Source of the DNA: Malacoraja senta
Lineage: Eukaryota
Direction: 5' to 3'
Length of the DNA stretch: 64,000 nt
Assembly: GCA_038087875.1 (NCBI GenBank)
Contig: CM075987.1
Span: 20,400,001-20,464,000, forward strand
Numbering within the stretch: the first letter of the stretch is position 1; every line of letters begins with the position of its first letter. Made by a program: the position numbers and the translations under genes. The notes under the pieces were generated by a model. The model was not told the DNA's origin. It was given only the letters and a program-made list of their open reading frames with translations, and made no database searches. Positions 37,101 to 50,027 of the stretch are shown here, piece by piece.

Positions 37101-39048
37101 GCGCTGTAAGGCAGCAGCTTTACCTTGGTGCCTACCAGAGCTCGGGGCTTCTTTCTGTTTGAATTATTCCCGCTGTAGTGTTTGGATTAGCTGCAGGAAA
37201 ATGGTGCTTCCAGGATCGTCCATTTCTGCTCCGTGCAGCCAGGGAATTGGGCAAGGCCCTTTTAGTTTTAAATCATTCAGTGGACTTCGCTGGCCATTAT
37301 CTTTGTCCTCTTGCTGTGCAATGTAATAGCTCAGAGAATGAAAACTGAAGTTGACATTTTTTAAAATGCACGCTCTTTGTCAGGGAATCTGTTTTGTAAT
37401 TATTTAGAATAAGTGACTGATGCAGAGATTGATCGATTGCCTCAGGGCTGAGCCAACAATTTTTTTCCTGCTTCTTGCGCCTGAACTTGTAAAATGGTGA
37501 CAACCACGGGGAATTGGGCAAGAGTCTTTTAGTTTCCAAATTGTTCAGTGAGGCATAATGTTGTCAGGAGGATCATCCAGTGCATGTTGTGCTGCTTGGT
37601 TAAACTTCTCACCCAGGTTGTTCATGTCTCTCGAAGCTTCTTCACATAAAATGGTTTATTTATTGTCACGTATACAGAGATATCGTGAAATGCTTGTACT
37701 GCAGGCTCTGCAGTCAAATCGTGCTATACACAATAGATCCTCCTTTGGAACTGCACGCAGAGAGTCACTAGATGCAACCTGCAACTTCCAGGTCTCTGAA
37801 ACGTCTGATCTTGGCCCAAGGAGAGATGCAATTTCTTGAATTCTCAGTTTAAGCTGGATCTGTCCTGACCTAGGGTGGTGTCTGTACGGAGTTTGTACGT
37901 TCACCCTGCAGCCGCGTGGGTTTTCTCCAGGTACACCGGTTTCCTCCCACATTCCAAAGATGTGTAAGTTTGTAGGTTAATTGGGCCTCTGCAAATTGCC
38001 CCTAATTGGATGTGAAAAATGGGATAACATGGACCTAGTGTACAGGTTGATGGTTGGTCGGCGTGGACTCTAGGCCTGTTTCCGCATTGAATCTCTATAC
38101 ATATCCTCACATCACTAGATGGATAAAGTAGGGGTAGGTCTAGCTCAGCACAGTGCCATCGGCTCCTTCCACTGTTGCACAGTGCAGCATTTAAAGAGAG
38201 AATTAAATGACTAGTTGAAAGATTTGCAGGGGAAAGAGTAAAGGAACAGTCTTTAATCAAGTGTCTGGATGAGATCAACGGGGAGAATCCTTCTCCTGAT
38301 TTTCTCTGAGAGAAGAATTGGTCCGAATGGTGTTGTAAAAACCAGAACTGTATTACTTTGTGCAGTTCAACTGTCAATAAACTGAAATTTGTAGACCTTG
38401 GGCTGAGTGTGGAAATGTCTTGTGCTAAACTGAAGGCAGGAAAATCTAGTGTCCTGTATTATCATTGATATATATATATATATAACCAAATGATGTAAGG
38501 AGAGTTTGTACTCTGTGGCTGTTACCTAGTTACTTTACAGAGGTCCCTAAAAGATTATTTTCTCTCTTCCAAAATTTGGATTGCACATAGATATTTTGAC
38601 ACAGAATTGGGTTGTTAGCCCATGATGCTTTTCTTCCACATCTACATAGATTTAAGAACAATTAAGTCTCAAATGGACTACTAATTCTAACTTTATTCCT
38701 AACGGAGATGAACGCTCAGAAATCCCGCCCACTCCAACATGAGTTGTCACACTTCAGTGCTTTCCTTGTACGTTGACTACTTTTTGGATGGGTTGAGAGA
38801 TGTGAGATGTGAAATGTCTTGTTGATCAATTTGATGTCCATCTGTCTCTTCCCCCAGAGTATGTATTTTTGGGCTGAGTGTATTTAAGATGGAATGTTTT
38901 TGACACTCATCATGAGCTGAAGTGAATTGCCTTGCATTTTGTCAGTGCGTAAAATGTTCCACGTCCACTGCATCCGATGAAAGCTGCTTAAAACAAATCA
39001 TTCTGCTAATCTTGTTTTGCACTGAACAATATTCTTTGCACAGGGTAG

Positions 39049-39144
39049 ATGAGGATGAGTCATCGTATTGATCGAGTTGCCGGTAACCCTGGTAACGTGC
39101 TTTTCAAAGATGGCGGCCTGGTTAATGGAACATTAATGAGAGAG
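39049..39144 (+). CDS. Candidate alternative first coding exon of SH3GLB2 (MRMSHRIDRVAGNPGNVLFKDGGLVNGTLMRE)
   Basis: 32 open codons from ATG 39049 (in-frame TAG immediately upstream) to a consensus donor GAG|GTGAGT at 39145. Phase 0 matches exon 2. Acceptor ttctttgcacag ends at 39043. Confidence 0.45.
39056..39117 (+). promoter_or_regulatory. Dense transcription-factor motif cluster: AP-1, two overlapping RFX X-boxes, YY1
   Basis: TGAGTCA 39056-39062; GTTGCCGGTAAC 39076-39087; GTAACCCTGGTAAC 39083-39096; AAGATGGCGGC 39107-39117. Apparently non-repeat sequence with several retained CpGs. Confidence 0.55.
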
Positions 39145-41263
39145 GTGAGTGCGGATGGTAAGCACTGGCCTCCTCACTACCAACAAGCAAGGCTTGTTTT
39201 CTGAACCCACTTTATTCCTGCTGGGGATGTTTAATTTTTTTCTACGAAGTATGCCTTTAGTTATTGTAGTTACTGCTTTAAATCTTATAGTTACCACTTA
39301 AAAACTTTGATAGTTGAGGTTCAATGGACAACACTGAATAGGGATGTTAACTGGGAAAGTTGTTACTGCACTTTTGTAGCTGATGTCGTCCCCCGTCCCC
39401 CCCCAGTGTATGGAAAAGTTGGGAAAGATCCAAAGAAATGGGGAGATATTGGGAGGAGGCTTATGCTGAACATTAATCAAGAGCACTAGGACAACTGGCC
39501 TGTTGTTCACTAGAATCAACCTGCTTTTGTGCATCATCGTAGCGGGACAGCACAGAAACAGGCCCTTTGGCCCACTGAGTCCATGCAGAACTGTTAACCA
39601 CTCATTTTGCATTAATCCCAGATTCTCACGAATTCTCCGCAGATTCTACCAATCACCTAGTGATCAATTAACCTACCAGCCCACACATCTTTGGGATGTG
39701 GGAGGAAACCGGAGCCCTCTGGGGAAAACCCATGCAGTACAGGGAGAACGTGCAAACGTGCCTGATTACAGCTGGGCAGAAACTGTCCCTGAATCTGGTG
39801 GTATGCGTTTTCAAACCTGTACCTCTTGCCTGATGGGAGAGGAGAGAAGAGGGAGTGTCTGGGGTGAGACTCGTTTGGTTATGCTGGTGGATCAAGTATG
39901 AGATTAAAGGTATTAAGTTTTAGTTTTGCGTGAACATTGCAAGTAAGCATCGTGCCTCTAGCCCAGACCCTTTTGCTATTGCCTAACGGGCTATTGGAGG
40001 GTGCACAAGCCTCCAATCCTCCCACCTTTCCCCCCATTCAGGGCTTGTTTGGTGTGAGACATGAGCACAAAATGCAGATTGATGCAATGATGAGGGAGCA
40101 CTGCACCATCTCAGATGCTGGTTTGTGGATGTGAGTTAAACTGAGATTCCATATTCTCTGTTGGATGGCCACAGAAATTCCAATGGCAGTTTTCCAATGC
40201 CTTCAACATTTAACCAAACCTAAAGAACCATTCTCAAATGTGCATCACTGAGTGACCCGCATTTAAGGACATCCTGAGGTTCTGGAAGCCACTGGATGTG
40301 CTGTTTTTCTCTTTGACTCTCTTCAGTCAGTTTGTTTAGTTAATTTGAAATTTGCGGAAAAGCAATTGTTAAAATGGAACTTTTTTGCAGCCCTTGCCAA
40401 AGATCAATATGTTCCCTGTGTGTATGTCCATTTTAGCAAATTAGTTCAATCAAACATCAGCAGTTGACTCCAGGGCATAAAGTCCAGAGATTGATTTCCA
40501 CTGATGTGATACTGGGTCTTTTTCAGTCGAATACTCAAAACTGCCTGTTCCGCATTCTCTAGATCCTGGTGCTTGCTGAGTTTAATGCTGATATTTTCAA
40601 TATAGAGAGAAAGGTAGGGTACATAAGTCTAAAGGAACCTTTCTATGTGGTATGACACATAGTTCTACCAGATGCTGGCATTTATTGACAGCAGTAACTC
40701 TTAACTGAAGAATATTGTTTGCGCTTTACCTCTGTTTATTTCTGTATGCAAGCACCAACTCAAGAGGCTGCAGATACTGTAGGCTAGAGATGGGAATGAA
40801 ATAGAACTTAATGTCTCCACTTGCTGACTTATGTGTACCATTAATGTCCAAAACTTCAACGTTTTTTATACCAATTAAAAAAAAAAACTTTTCAATTACT
40901 GAAATGAGTCATCGATAAATTTCATTTGAATGTGGGGAATGAAATGTTGCTGCGGTGAGATTATTTATGACTTTGCAGGGAGGTGTTGAATTTGTCGGTG
41001 CGGAGCTGTGTGATCTGGATTTCCCATGGTGTTTGAGTTAAGGGATTACACTGTCACAGTCACCACGTTGGCCCCACAGGAACTGAGGTTGAGCCTAGCC
41101 CTGTACATCAGGAGACGTGGTTGGGATTAATCTGGTGTTGAGTGAGAGGTTCTAGTATATCACCACCTACCCAGATCTTTGGCTCTGGGGCTCCCACAGG
41201 ATCTGGTTCAAATATCAGCCAAGGCTGTATATCTGGATTTGCGTTGCATGCAAACCCTTTAAT

Positions 41264-41560
41264 AGTTTACTTTAGTTTAGAGATACAGCGCAGAAACAGG
41301 CCCCTCGGCTCACCGAGACCCCACCGACCAATGGTCCATGCACATTAACAGTATCCTACACACACACACACACACTAGGGACAATTTGCAATAATACCAA
41401 GCCAATTGAGCTACAAACCTGTACGTGTTTGGATTGTGGGAGGAAACCAGAGCACCCGGAGAAAAGTCAAGCAGGTCATGGGGAGAGCGTACAAACTCCG
41501 TACAGACAGCACCAAATCCGGGACTCTGATGTTGTAAGGCAGCAACTCTACTGCTGTGCC
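41264..41560 (-). mobile_element. tRNA-derived SINE
   Basis: Reverse complement of the family at 2680 and 55220, with a (ctaaa)n tail and internal (CA)n. Other copies at about 36893-37130 (-), 37865-38098 (+) and 46230-46560 (-). Confidence 0.75.
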
Positions 41561-43842
41561 CAACCTTGCTGTAGCATTCAAAATCCTGAAAGAAATGCAT
41601 TTCACTCATGTCTGGTGGAGATCAGGCAGGTGGGGGAAGAGTACACACTTCCATGGAGACCAGCCAGATCCCCTGAGGCATTGTTACTTCTTGAGGTATA
41701 CAGCACAGAACTAGGCCCTTTGGCCACCAAGTCTATTCTGCACTTTAACCACATATCATGCAGAATTCTTGGCAATACTTTAGTGCGGTTAATGTGCTCT
41801 GCAAATACTGTACGTTGAAGTCCTTTCCCTTTCTCGCTTATGAATAATAACATGAATAAGAATAAGCCCGTTCTGAATCCATACGACAGAGTCATCGTGA
41901 ATCCTGTACATCTTAATCTTCTGGATCAATCTTATCAAAAGCCTTACTATGGCTTAAATTGTTTCAAGAGGATTCAGCATTAATTGATCTGGTTTTGATT
42001 CTGTCATGTTTGCATTACAATTTTCTGAGCCTTCTGCTGTGAAGAGATCGATTGTAGCCAATCTCCCATACTATGAATCTGAACTTACAAGGTTTCTGAT
42101 TACTGAAATGGTTTCCATCCTGGAGTTAAAATATCAGTGTGATTGGAGTTGTCTTGCTTGAGTGCTAGCATCAGGCTCCTGAGAAATCCTTAACAGCTGC
42201 TTAACTCGAGTGCTTGTGGGGTGAGTGTACAGCATTTTCTCCAGTGTGGTGAGTGTGACAGTGTAGTCTGCTCTCCCTCATTACCCGTGTGGCTCCTTCA
42301 GCCACTCCCCTCCCTTGGGGACAATGGTTTACTGTTTTAACCATAGCTCTGCCTTGTCTGTATCTCTGACCCCTGTAGCCCTGAGGATGTTGATAGAGAT
42401 TCGAGTCACGCATCTACCAGGTTCTCCCCAAGTCCGTTAGCATATCAAAAGGATGTTTATAACAAACTGCTAGTTCCTTTCTGGTTATTCTCTGTGCTCA
42501 AATGACAATAATTTTAGAATAATTTTGACAAATTATTTTGAGATTTGAGCTGGCAACCTATTGGTCGCTGGTCCAGCACCCTCCATGGTTTTTTTTCCCT
42601 GCCCTATCCCTGTAACCCCTACTGAAAGATTCCTGGACTCTGTCAATGTTGGCCACATGTGCATCCTGAGTGGTCATCACTGCTCTGTTGGCAACTATGC
42701 CTTCAGCTGTCCCAGCACCCCAGTCTCTGCAATTCACTGTATCTCTGAACACATGACAATAAGAACACAATTGAACCATTAAACCTCATCACTTCTTTCT
42801 CCCTCCGATAAGATAATTCTTGGTACGTTCCTCTTTGTCATCCCTTCAGTCATCCAATTTAGTATCTCCTTGGCATGGTTTTGATTGATTCTGTTTCTAT
42901 ACAAGTGTGAACTGTTGTTAAGAGCTAAGCTGAAACTTGCTTTTTCACCCAGGTTTTTGCTTGCACCTCCCACAGAGTATCTGTTTTGTTGCTCTTGCCT
43001 GTCCTATTACTCTACCTCAAAGCACCTGGAATACTTCCACATTAAAAGTCACTACATAAATGGACATTTTGTTATTGGGATGATTTTAAACTTTTTACTT
43101 TTCAAAGATATTTCTCTAGTGTAATGTCTTTCAAATCTGGCACGAATGTGTTGAACAATCCACTCGCTGGAATTGAAAATGTTTTTTAATCAACTTAAAG
43201 ATGACCATGGGGCTAATTTGTTGTACAGGAATTTAAAAAATGACATTATGAAAAATGTGCTGCGTTTATGGATATGCCACTTCACAGCATTTTATAATGA
43301 ACCATGTGGAATTTCTTGCACAAACAGCCCAAGTGATATTTAATATCAATATTCCTTCCACTTCTGCTGTGACTGTTTGTAACATTTGCTTCACTCAAAT
43401 GATGTGTTTGGGGTGGGAGATTGCAACCTTCACGTGGTCCGCCCTGTTTCGACAAATGCAGTCAACCTGGCGTGCACAATCAAGTAAGATCAAATAGAAC
43501 AAGTTGTCCTACAACTTTAGGTTGTGCACGCCATACGCAAGAAGAAGAAGAAATGATGTGTTTGCGAGTTTCAAATTTTTCAGAGCACACCTTATGCTCA
43601 ATGAATAGTCTTTTGATTGACCCGTTTTTCATGTAGGTTAGAAGTTGTTTGTCCTTTTCATTTGTATTATTCCTTAACATGAGCTTCCTCCGGGTGCTCC
43701 GATTTCCTCCAACATCGTGCAGATAAGTATATTAGTGGGTTAATAGGCCGCTGTAAATTGCCTCTAGTGTGTGAATGGCGGTAGAATCTTGGGTAGATGA
43801 TGGCATCGTGGGGGAGAATAAAATGGGATTAATGTAAACTGT

Positions 43843-43997
43843 TTAAGAAGGAACTGCAGATGCTGGAAAATCGAAGGTAGACAAAAGTGCTGGAGAAACT
43901 CAGCGGGTGCGGCAGCATCCATGGAGCTGTCTATCTATCTATCTATCATAGATGCTGCCGCACCCGCTGAGTTTCTCCAGCACTTTTGTCTACTTTC
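43843..43997. mobile_element. Fold-back Penelope terminal-repeat mini-element with an (ATCT)n loop
   Basis: 11-bp TSD ATGTAAACTGT at 43832-43842 and 43998-44008; inverted arms gtagacaaaagtgctggagaaactcagcgggtgcggcagcatc and its complement. Confidence 0.8.
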
Positions 43998-44332
43998 ATG
44001 TAAACTGTGCTCGATGTTCGCATTGGACACAGTGGGCTGGGAACCTAGTTCATATGTTGTATGGCTCCAGGCAGGTACTATCACAACGTTTAAAAAACAT
44101 CTGAACAGGTACAAGGATAGGATAGGTTTAGATGGATATGGGCCAAATGCCTTGGGGCATGTTGATCGGCATGGACAAGGAGGGCCAAAGGACCTGTTTC
44201 CACGTTCAGCTTAAATTACCTTTACACTTTTGTCTTTTTGAATTAACAGAGAGAAGCAATCTTAGAAGCCTAATGCACAAGAGGAGACTATTTAGCCCGC
44301 GGGTGAGACAGCATCTATGGAGAGAAGGAATG

Positions 44333-44366
44333 GGCGACGTTTCGGGTCGAGACCCTTCTTCAGACC
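44333..44366 (-). ncRNA. Minimal hammerhead-ribozyme-like motif within a fold-back Penelope repeat (about 44299-44480)
   Basis: Minus strand reads GGU-CUGAAGA-A-GGGU(CUCG)ACCC-GAAAC-GUC-GCC with an intact core. Confidence 0.55.
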
Positions 44367-47229
44367 GGCCCGAAATGTCGCCCATTCCTTCTCTCCATAG
44401 ATGCTGCCTCACCTGCAGAATTACTCCAGCATTTTGTGCCTACCTTTGATTTTACCAGCATCTGCAGTTCTTTCTTACACAGGCTATTAACCCATTGTGT
44501 GTGTGTTTTGGGTCATTTGAACAGAATTTCCCCTCGGCTTTAGTGGTCTGGGGAGAATCATTCCAATTCCTTTTAATTCCTCCAGATCAGTAAAATCCCA
44601 CATCTTGTGCCATCTGTTCAATCTCTCCAGGTCTTTCATTAGTAACAGCTTTCATTTAAAGGGCTCCTTGTAATGATGCAAAATGTCTCACGAGTCTTCT
44701 ACTGACTTGCTTAGAAAAGTAATAGGGTTACTTTGTGGAAAATAGCAGAAATAAAAATAATTCTTAAGTATCCTTTCTGCTCTCCAGCCCTCTGTTTGGC
44801 TCCATTGTTGCCTGTTTAAATGCCAACATTCTGGTTGTGTGTGTTTAATTATTCTGCAGTGTAGGACTTGCAAAGTTATTGGTTTATACTTCTTTTTTTT
44901 TAAAGCAATGGCATTGGAGCAACCTCAATAAAAAATACTCTTTAAAAATGTATAGAAGAGCTCTTTGCAGCAAAGGGTGTGAAAATGTGTCATGTGCTGG
45001 CACTCTCCTGTCTAGTTGATCTAGTTGATCAGATGACATTCCAGCTTGTGTATTATTAAGAACTCTGTCCTCAGTCGGGTTATAATCTCTGAAGGCAGCC
45101 AGTGTTTGTTACACAGAAGCCTTATTTGCAAAAAGATGCTCTGAAGCTTTTCTGACGATTGATGTTCAAGTTGTGCAGTATTAGCCTGAATTATGATGTC
45201 CATTGCCAACTCACACAGACTGGTCTGGAGTTCCCAACATTACTGTCGCCAGGATCAAAATCTGATGGAGACAAATCTAATGAACATTTACTTTCATGGA
45301 ACATTAGAATAATAGTGCACAGGAACACAATGTCTGTTTCAAACATGTTAACATGAAAAACAATGTTATCTCTGCCTTAACGTTATCCATATCTCTCAAT
45401 TCCCTACATATCCATGTGCCTATATAAAACCTCTTGAAAACCACTGCTTTTGTTTTAACAATTTAAATTTTTTTCATTTTATAAAAATTGAAATTTGAAT
45501 CAATTTTGATGGGGCATGTAGGTCGGCGTTGGGCCGAAGGGCCTGTTTCCACACTTTATGACTCTATAAATGCTACTTTGACTGTCCAGGGTCATCCAAA
45601 TCAGGGAAGCATTTCCAATATGGTTATGAAGGCAAAGCACTATGAGCCTGGGCCCATCAGGTGTCAATAGCTTGTTCGGTGAGGAGAGGTATTCAGACCT
45701 ATTTTAAGTTTAGTTTAGAGATACAGTGCGGAAACGGGTCCTTTGGCCCAATGAGTCCGCACCGACCAGTGATCCCCCGCACGCAAGTTGTCAAATGATT
45801 GGCCCCCAGTATTTGCTTGATCAGGTTGACTTGGTATTGAAGGTAGAGACTGATCACTTTTGTTATTGTCCCTGCAGAAACATTGGGGAATATTAATCAA
45901 TGGCCGTGTTACTGGGCTCATAATCCTGTGGTCTGTGTTTAAGATCTGGAGACATGTTCAAATCTCACCAAGGCAATTGCAGACTCCATGGTTCATTAAA
46001 CTGCAAAAAAAACAGTGTAAAAAAAAAAGGAAGGTAAACAAAAATGCTGGAGAAACTCAGCGGGTGCAGCAGCATCTATGGAGCGAAGGAAATAGGCAAC
46101 GTTTCGGGCCGAAACACTTCTTCAAGTTGGGCTTGGGTAATTAATGATGCTTGATCCCAAAATTGATAACACTCCTGTTGGTGAATCCAATCACATCAGC
46201 AGATCAGATCTAGCAGAGTTGATGCAGTCTTGGAAAGATGCAGCATGGAAACAGGCCCTTCAGCCCCATGAGATCATGACACCATCAACCACCCATTTAT
46301 ACAGGTTCTACATTAATTCCATTAAAAAACAATTCCCCACATTCCCATCAACTCATCCAAGATTCCACCCACACACTAGGGCAATTTACAGCCGTCAATT
46401 AATCTACTGACCCACACGTCTTTGGGATATGGGGCGAAACTGGAGCACCCGGGGGAAACGTGTGTGGTCACAGGGAGAACATGCAAACTCCACACAGATA
46501 GCATCTGAGGTCAGGATAGAATCCAGGTCTCAGGAGCCGAGAAGGAGTTTATCTACCCTCTGTTTCGGAGTTAATGTGATTTATGTGTTCATTGATTAGC
46601 TGTTATCAAGTGGGGTGAAAGCGCTGGGTGACCTTGGCAGTAACTCTAGATCCTGTGACATCTGGATGTATTTGGGATACTTTGGCAAGGGAACCAGGAC
46701 CTGGCAGAAGAGACATCCACACTATCAAGACTTTGTTCATCGCGTGTTGTGAGGCACCACATGGTTTGGTTCCGAACAGATCCGGCAACTTAAACACGAG
46801 TGCTGTGGATCATCAGCAGCAGACCGGGCTGGAATGTGTGCAGCCATTCTTGACCAAAGCTGCTCGGTGGGCGATTTATTTCCACGGCCCCACATGGGCC
46901 TTGCTGTCAGGGAGACCTGACAGGATGGTCGGATGATCAAATCACTCTGTGCTAACAAGGAATCGTTGAGCATTCAATATATGGCAAAGACTATAGGGAC
47001 ATCGACATTTGGCAGCGGTCTGAGTGTTTGGACTCCAGAGATAGTCAACTATCTAGCCACACTGTTCTAGTACAATTACTGCCGCCTTATCGGCAGTGGA
47101 AGATTGCCAGTACATCCTGTCCACAAAGAGACAAATCCTGCCCTCTCAGTGGGCCCATAAACGTCAAGCAATGCTTACTTGCTTATAACCAGCTCACTGA
47201 TGCTCAATTTGCATTGCACCAGGACCAGA

Positions 47230-47520
47230 CACTCCAAGACTTAATGACATCCTTTGTCTAAATATGCATGAAGCTGCTTTCCAGTGGTGAGGTGGAAGTT
47301 CTGCCACTAACATTGAAGCAGCGTTTGACAAGGTGTGGATCTGAAGGTCTCGACAGAGTGGCTGGGAGTAGGGGGCAAGCCTGGCACTGGCAGCCTGGCA
47401 CAGAGGAGGATGATTGTGGCTGCTTGGAGGCCAATCATCTCATCACCTGCATGGTTTCCTCAGCACACTGTCCTGGGAGCAACTAGATCCAGTAGCTTCA
47501 TGAATGAACTTCCTCCCGCT
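47230..47520 (+). mobile_element. Highly decayed LINE reverse-transcriptase remnant
   Basis: acattgaagcagcgtttgacaaggtgtgg (IEAAFDKVW) and cctcagcacactgtcctggga (PQHTVLG), with frameshifts. Confidence 0.5.
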
Positions 47521-49299
47521 CCAGAATCTTGGAATTCCCTAGAGAACTCCATCACTTGGACAGCTTTCAATGTTGACTTACCAATAATGGCCATATATCA
47601 TGTTCATTGTTTTAAACCCAGTATTAGTGCTAGGAGCTGTGGTGTAGTTTGTCAGGACTCCTCCTCTAGTGATGTGCTGTGTTGGTTGACGGAATGATGT
47701 AGTTAACACGCATCAGCCAAATAAAGAAACATTATTAGTCCTATAATTTCCAACATGTTTACGAATCATTTTTTATCACATGTATGTAAAGATAATGCCA
47801 GACGCCTGTTTTCTTTTCCCACCCGATATCTGTACCATGTCTCCGTACTTCTTGTTCCGACGCTCCTTAAAACTAATTTATTGATCTGGCTCTTATTGCC
47901 TGTTCTCAAAGCAATTCTATAGCTTGGTATAAGATATTATTTCTGTAGTCGTTCCTTGAAGTCCTTTAAACAATGTTAAGGGCATGATATAATGAAAGTT
48001 ATTGCTGTAGAGGCTTTCCTGCCAGAGTGATACTGGCAACAACAGGGTCGCGGAAAGAAGGCACCGAATACAGTCTGTGGTGTTGAAAGGAAATGGTTGG
48101 CATTATTTGGCTGGTCTGTGCACACCAGGAAGCTGAATGTTTCCTGGACCCTGCAAGGATGGTCAGTTTGAGGACTTTAAAAATTGAATTCCATAATCTG
48201 CCTTTTAAGAACAAGATTATTTAATTTAGCCAATCTCTGTCCACTCAGTACCATACTGTGAGTGATATTAACCCAAGAACTATTCCTTCCACCCTTCTTG
48301 CGGATCACACTGTGTGTGCCTTTTGAAAGTTGCCAGGTGTGACGAGGCTTCAATAGATTGCGAATGGGACCATTGTTGTGTTGCATTAATTGCATTAAAT
48401 TATATCTAGGAGACACCAGAAGCTTCAGAACATGTGCCAAATATTTATTGAAGACTAACAACACCTGCCACCTGTGCCTTTTATTAAATGTACAAGTACA
48501 CAACACATACACAACTCATTTACACATCTTGCAGACAGATGTAGCCCAGGTTTGGTATAAAACTGTAATCCATGTACAACACCGGTGAGGAATCGTCTTG
48601 GGGAGGGAAGGTTGCGTTACTGGGTAAACTGACGACACTTTACAGCAATCGAGCTTTCTTAAACCACTGTCTCACAACAAAGCGTCTTTGGAGAAACAAA
48701 ACTGCAGATGCTGGTTTGTGGGGGGAAAAAAGGCACAGCGCTGGAGTAACTAAGCGGGTCAGGTAGTATCTCTGGAGAACATGGGCAATTCAGGTGGGCA
48801 CCCTTCAAGGTGTTTGGGTTGTGGGAGGGAATGAGACCACCCGAGGAAAAGTGCAAACCCCACGCAGACAGCACCTGAGGGCAGGATCACCGGCCCAACA
48901 AAGTACTATGTGGCTGATTGATGGAGTGGGTGATTGGTGCAGGTGGTGAGAGGGCTATCTGTTTTGCCTCTCACATTGTTGAACTGTAACAGTCTGTTTT
49001 ATTGCAAAGATACAGCAATAAGTTATCATGAATTCAATATGAGTCGCTTGTAATCATTCATCAGTGATCTTCAGACTAATGTGATTCTCCCAGTTCCTTC
49101 CGATTGCTTTAATGCGCTGTTGCTCAGTGAGTGAAATGAACTATCCCGATTTTTGAATTGTGAAAGAATGGTTTCTTTTTTCCAATTACTAGCAGCGTGT
49201 TATTTGAGGTTTTTAGTGGGCCAGCACATGGATATTCTATCATGCTGTTTCTTCTGTGTTTTCCCTTCCATTTCCCCCCACACCTCCCCCCCTGCCCAG

Positions 49300-49441
49300 T
49301 TCACTGAGGAGAAGCTGGGTCAAGCAGAGAAAACTGAGCTGGATGCACACTTTGAGAATCTCCTGAGTCGCGCCGACAGCACCAAGAACTGGACAGAGAA
49401 GATCCTCCGGCAGACTGAGGTCTTGTTGCAGCCCAATCCAA
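49300..49441 (+). CDS. SH3GLB2: Endophilin-B2 coding exon 2 (FTEEKLGQAEKTELDAHFENLLSRADSTKNWTEKILRQTEVLLQPNP-S), N-BAR domain
   Basis: Long pyrimidine tract ending cctgcccag, donor GTAAGA at 49442. 142 nt, phase 0/1. HFENLL..ADSTKNWTEKILRQTEVLLQPNP matches endophilin B2 better than B1, as recalled. Confidence 0.93.
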
Positions 49442-49832
49442 GTAAGAATGGTCAATGTGTGTGTTCCGTCTGCAACTTTACTGTTGCCTGAAGGCCAACA
49501 CTTCCGAAATAATTAGAATCTTGTTGGAATAGAACATCAATTTAAAATTGGAGAATTCAACGTTCATTGGGATGTGTGACTTGGTTGTAAAAGGCATAAC
49601 GTCGATCAGGTTTGTTTTATTCTGTTCATTGTAACTCATCTCACTCTTCAATGGGACTTCCTTCAATACAAAACGCCCACACCCTTCTACTGCCCCAGTG
49701 CCACAATTTTCCAAAGATAGGGTGTGAGAGGAAGTGAAGCCATATAATTGCCCACAGGCAGCAGAGGTGAGTCTCCACCTTGCTCCATCTTGCAGCACCG
49801 AAAAAGTTGTGCTAGACCTGGGACTAGGCTCA

Positions 49833-50027
49833 TGGGCCTGTCCCACTTAGGCGACTCTTTAGGCGACTGCCAGGGACTAGTTTTAATGGAATTCACCTAC
49901 GACACCTGGCGACAACCTACGACAGCAAAAATTGTCGCCACTGTCGCCGAAAATGTTTCAACGTGTTGAAAGTTTTGCGGCAGTCGCCTGTAGCCCCCCC
50001 AAAAATCGCCTAAGTAGGACAGGCCCA
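49833..50027. mobile_element. Second Harbinger-like MITE, related to 15550-16024
   Basis: TIRs TGGGCCTGTCCCACTTAGGCGA / TCGCCTAAGTAGGACAGGCCCA flanked by TCA and TTA; internal GCGAC/GTCGC repeats. Confidence 0.75.

Noticed and set aside
42231..42254. ttttctccag-TGTG-gtgagt, a possible 4-nt microexon
   Set aside because: Frameshifting, short pyrimidine tract, and part of a local gtgagtgt duplication.
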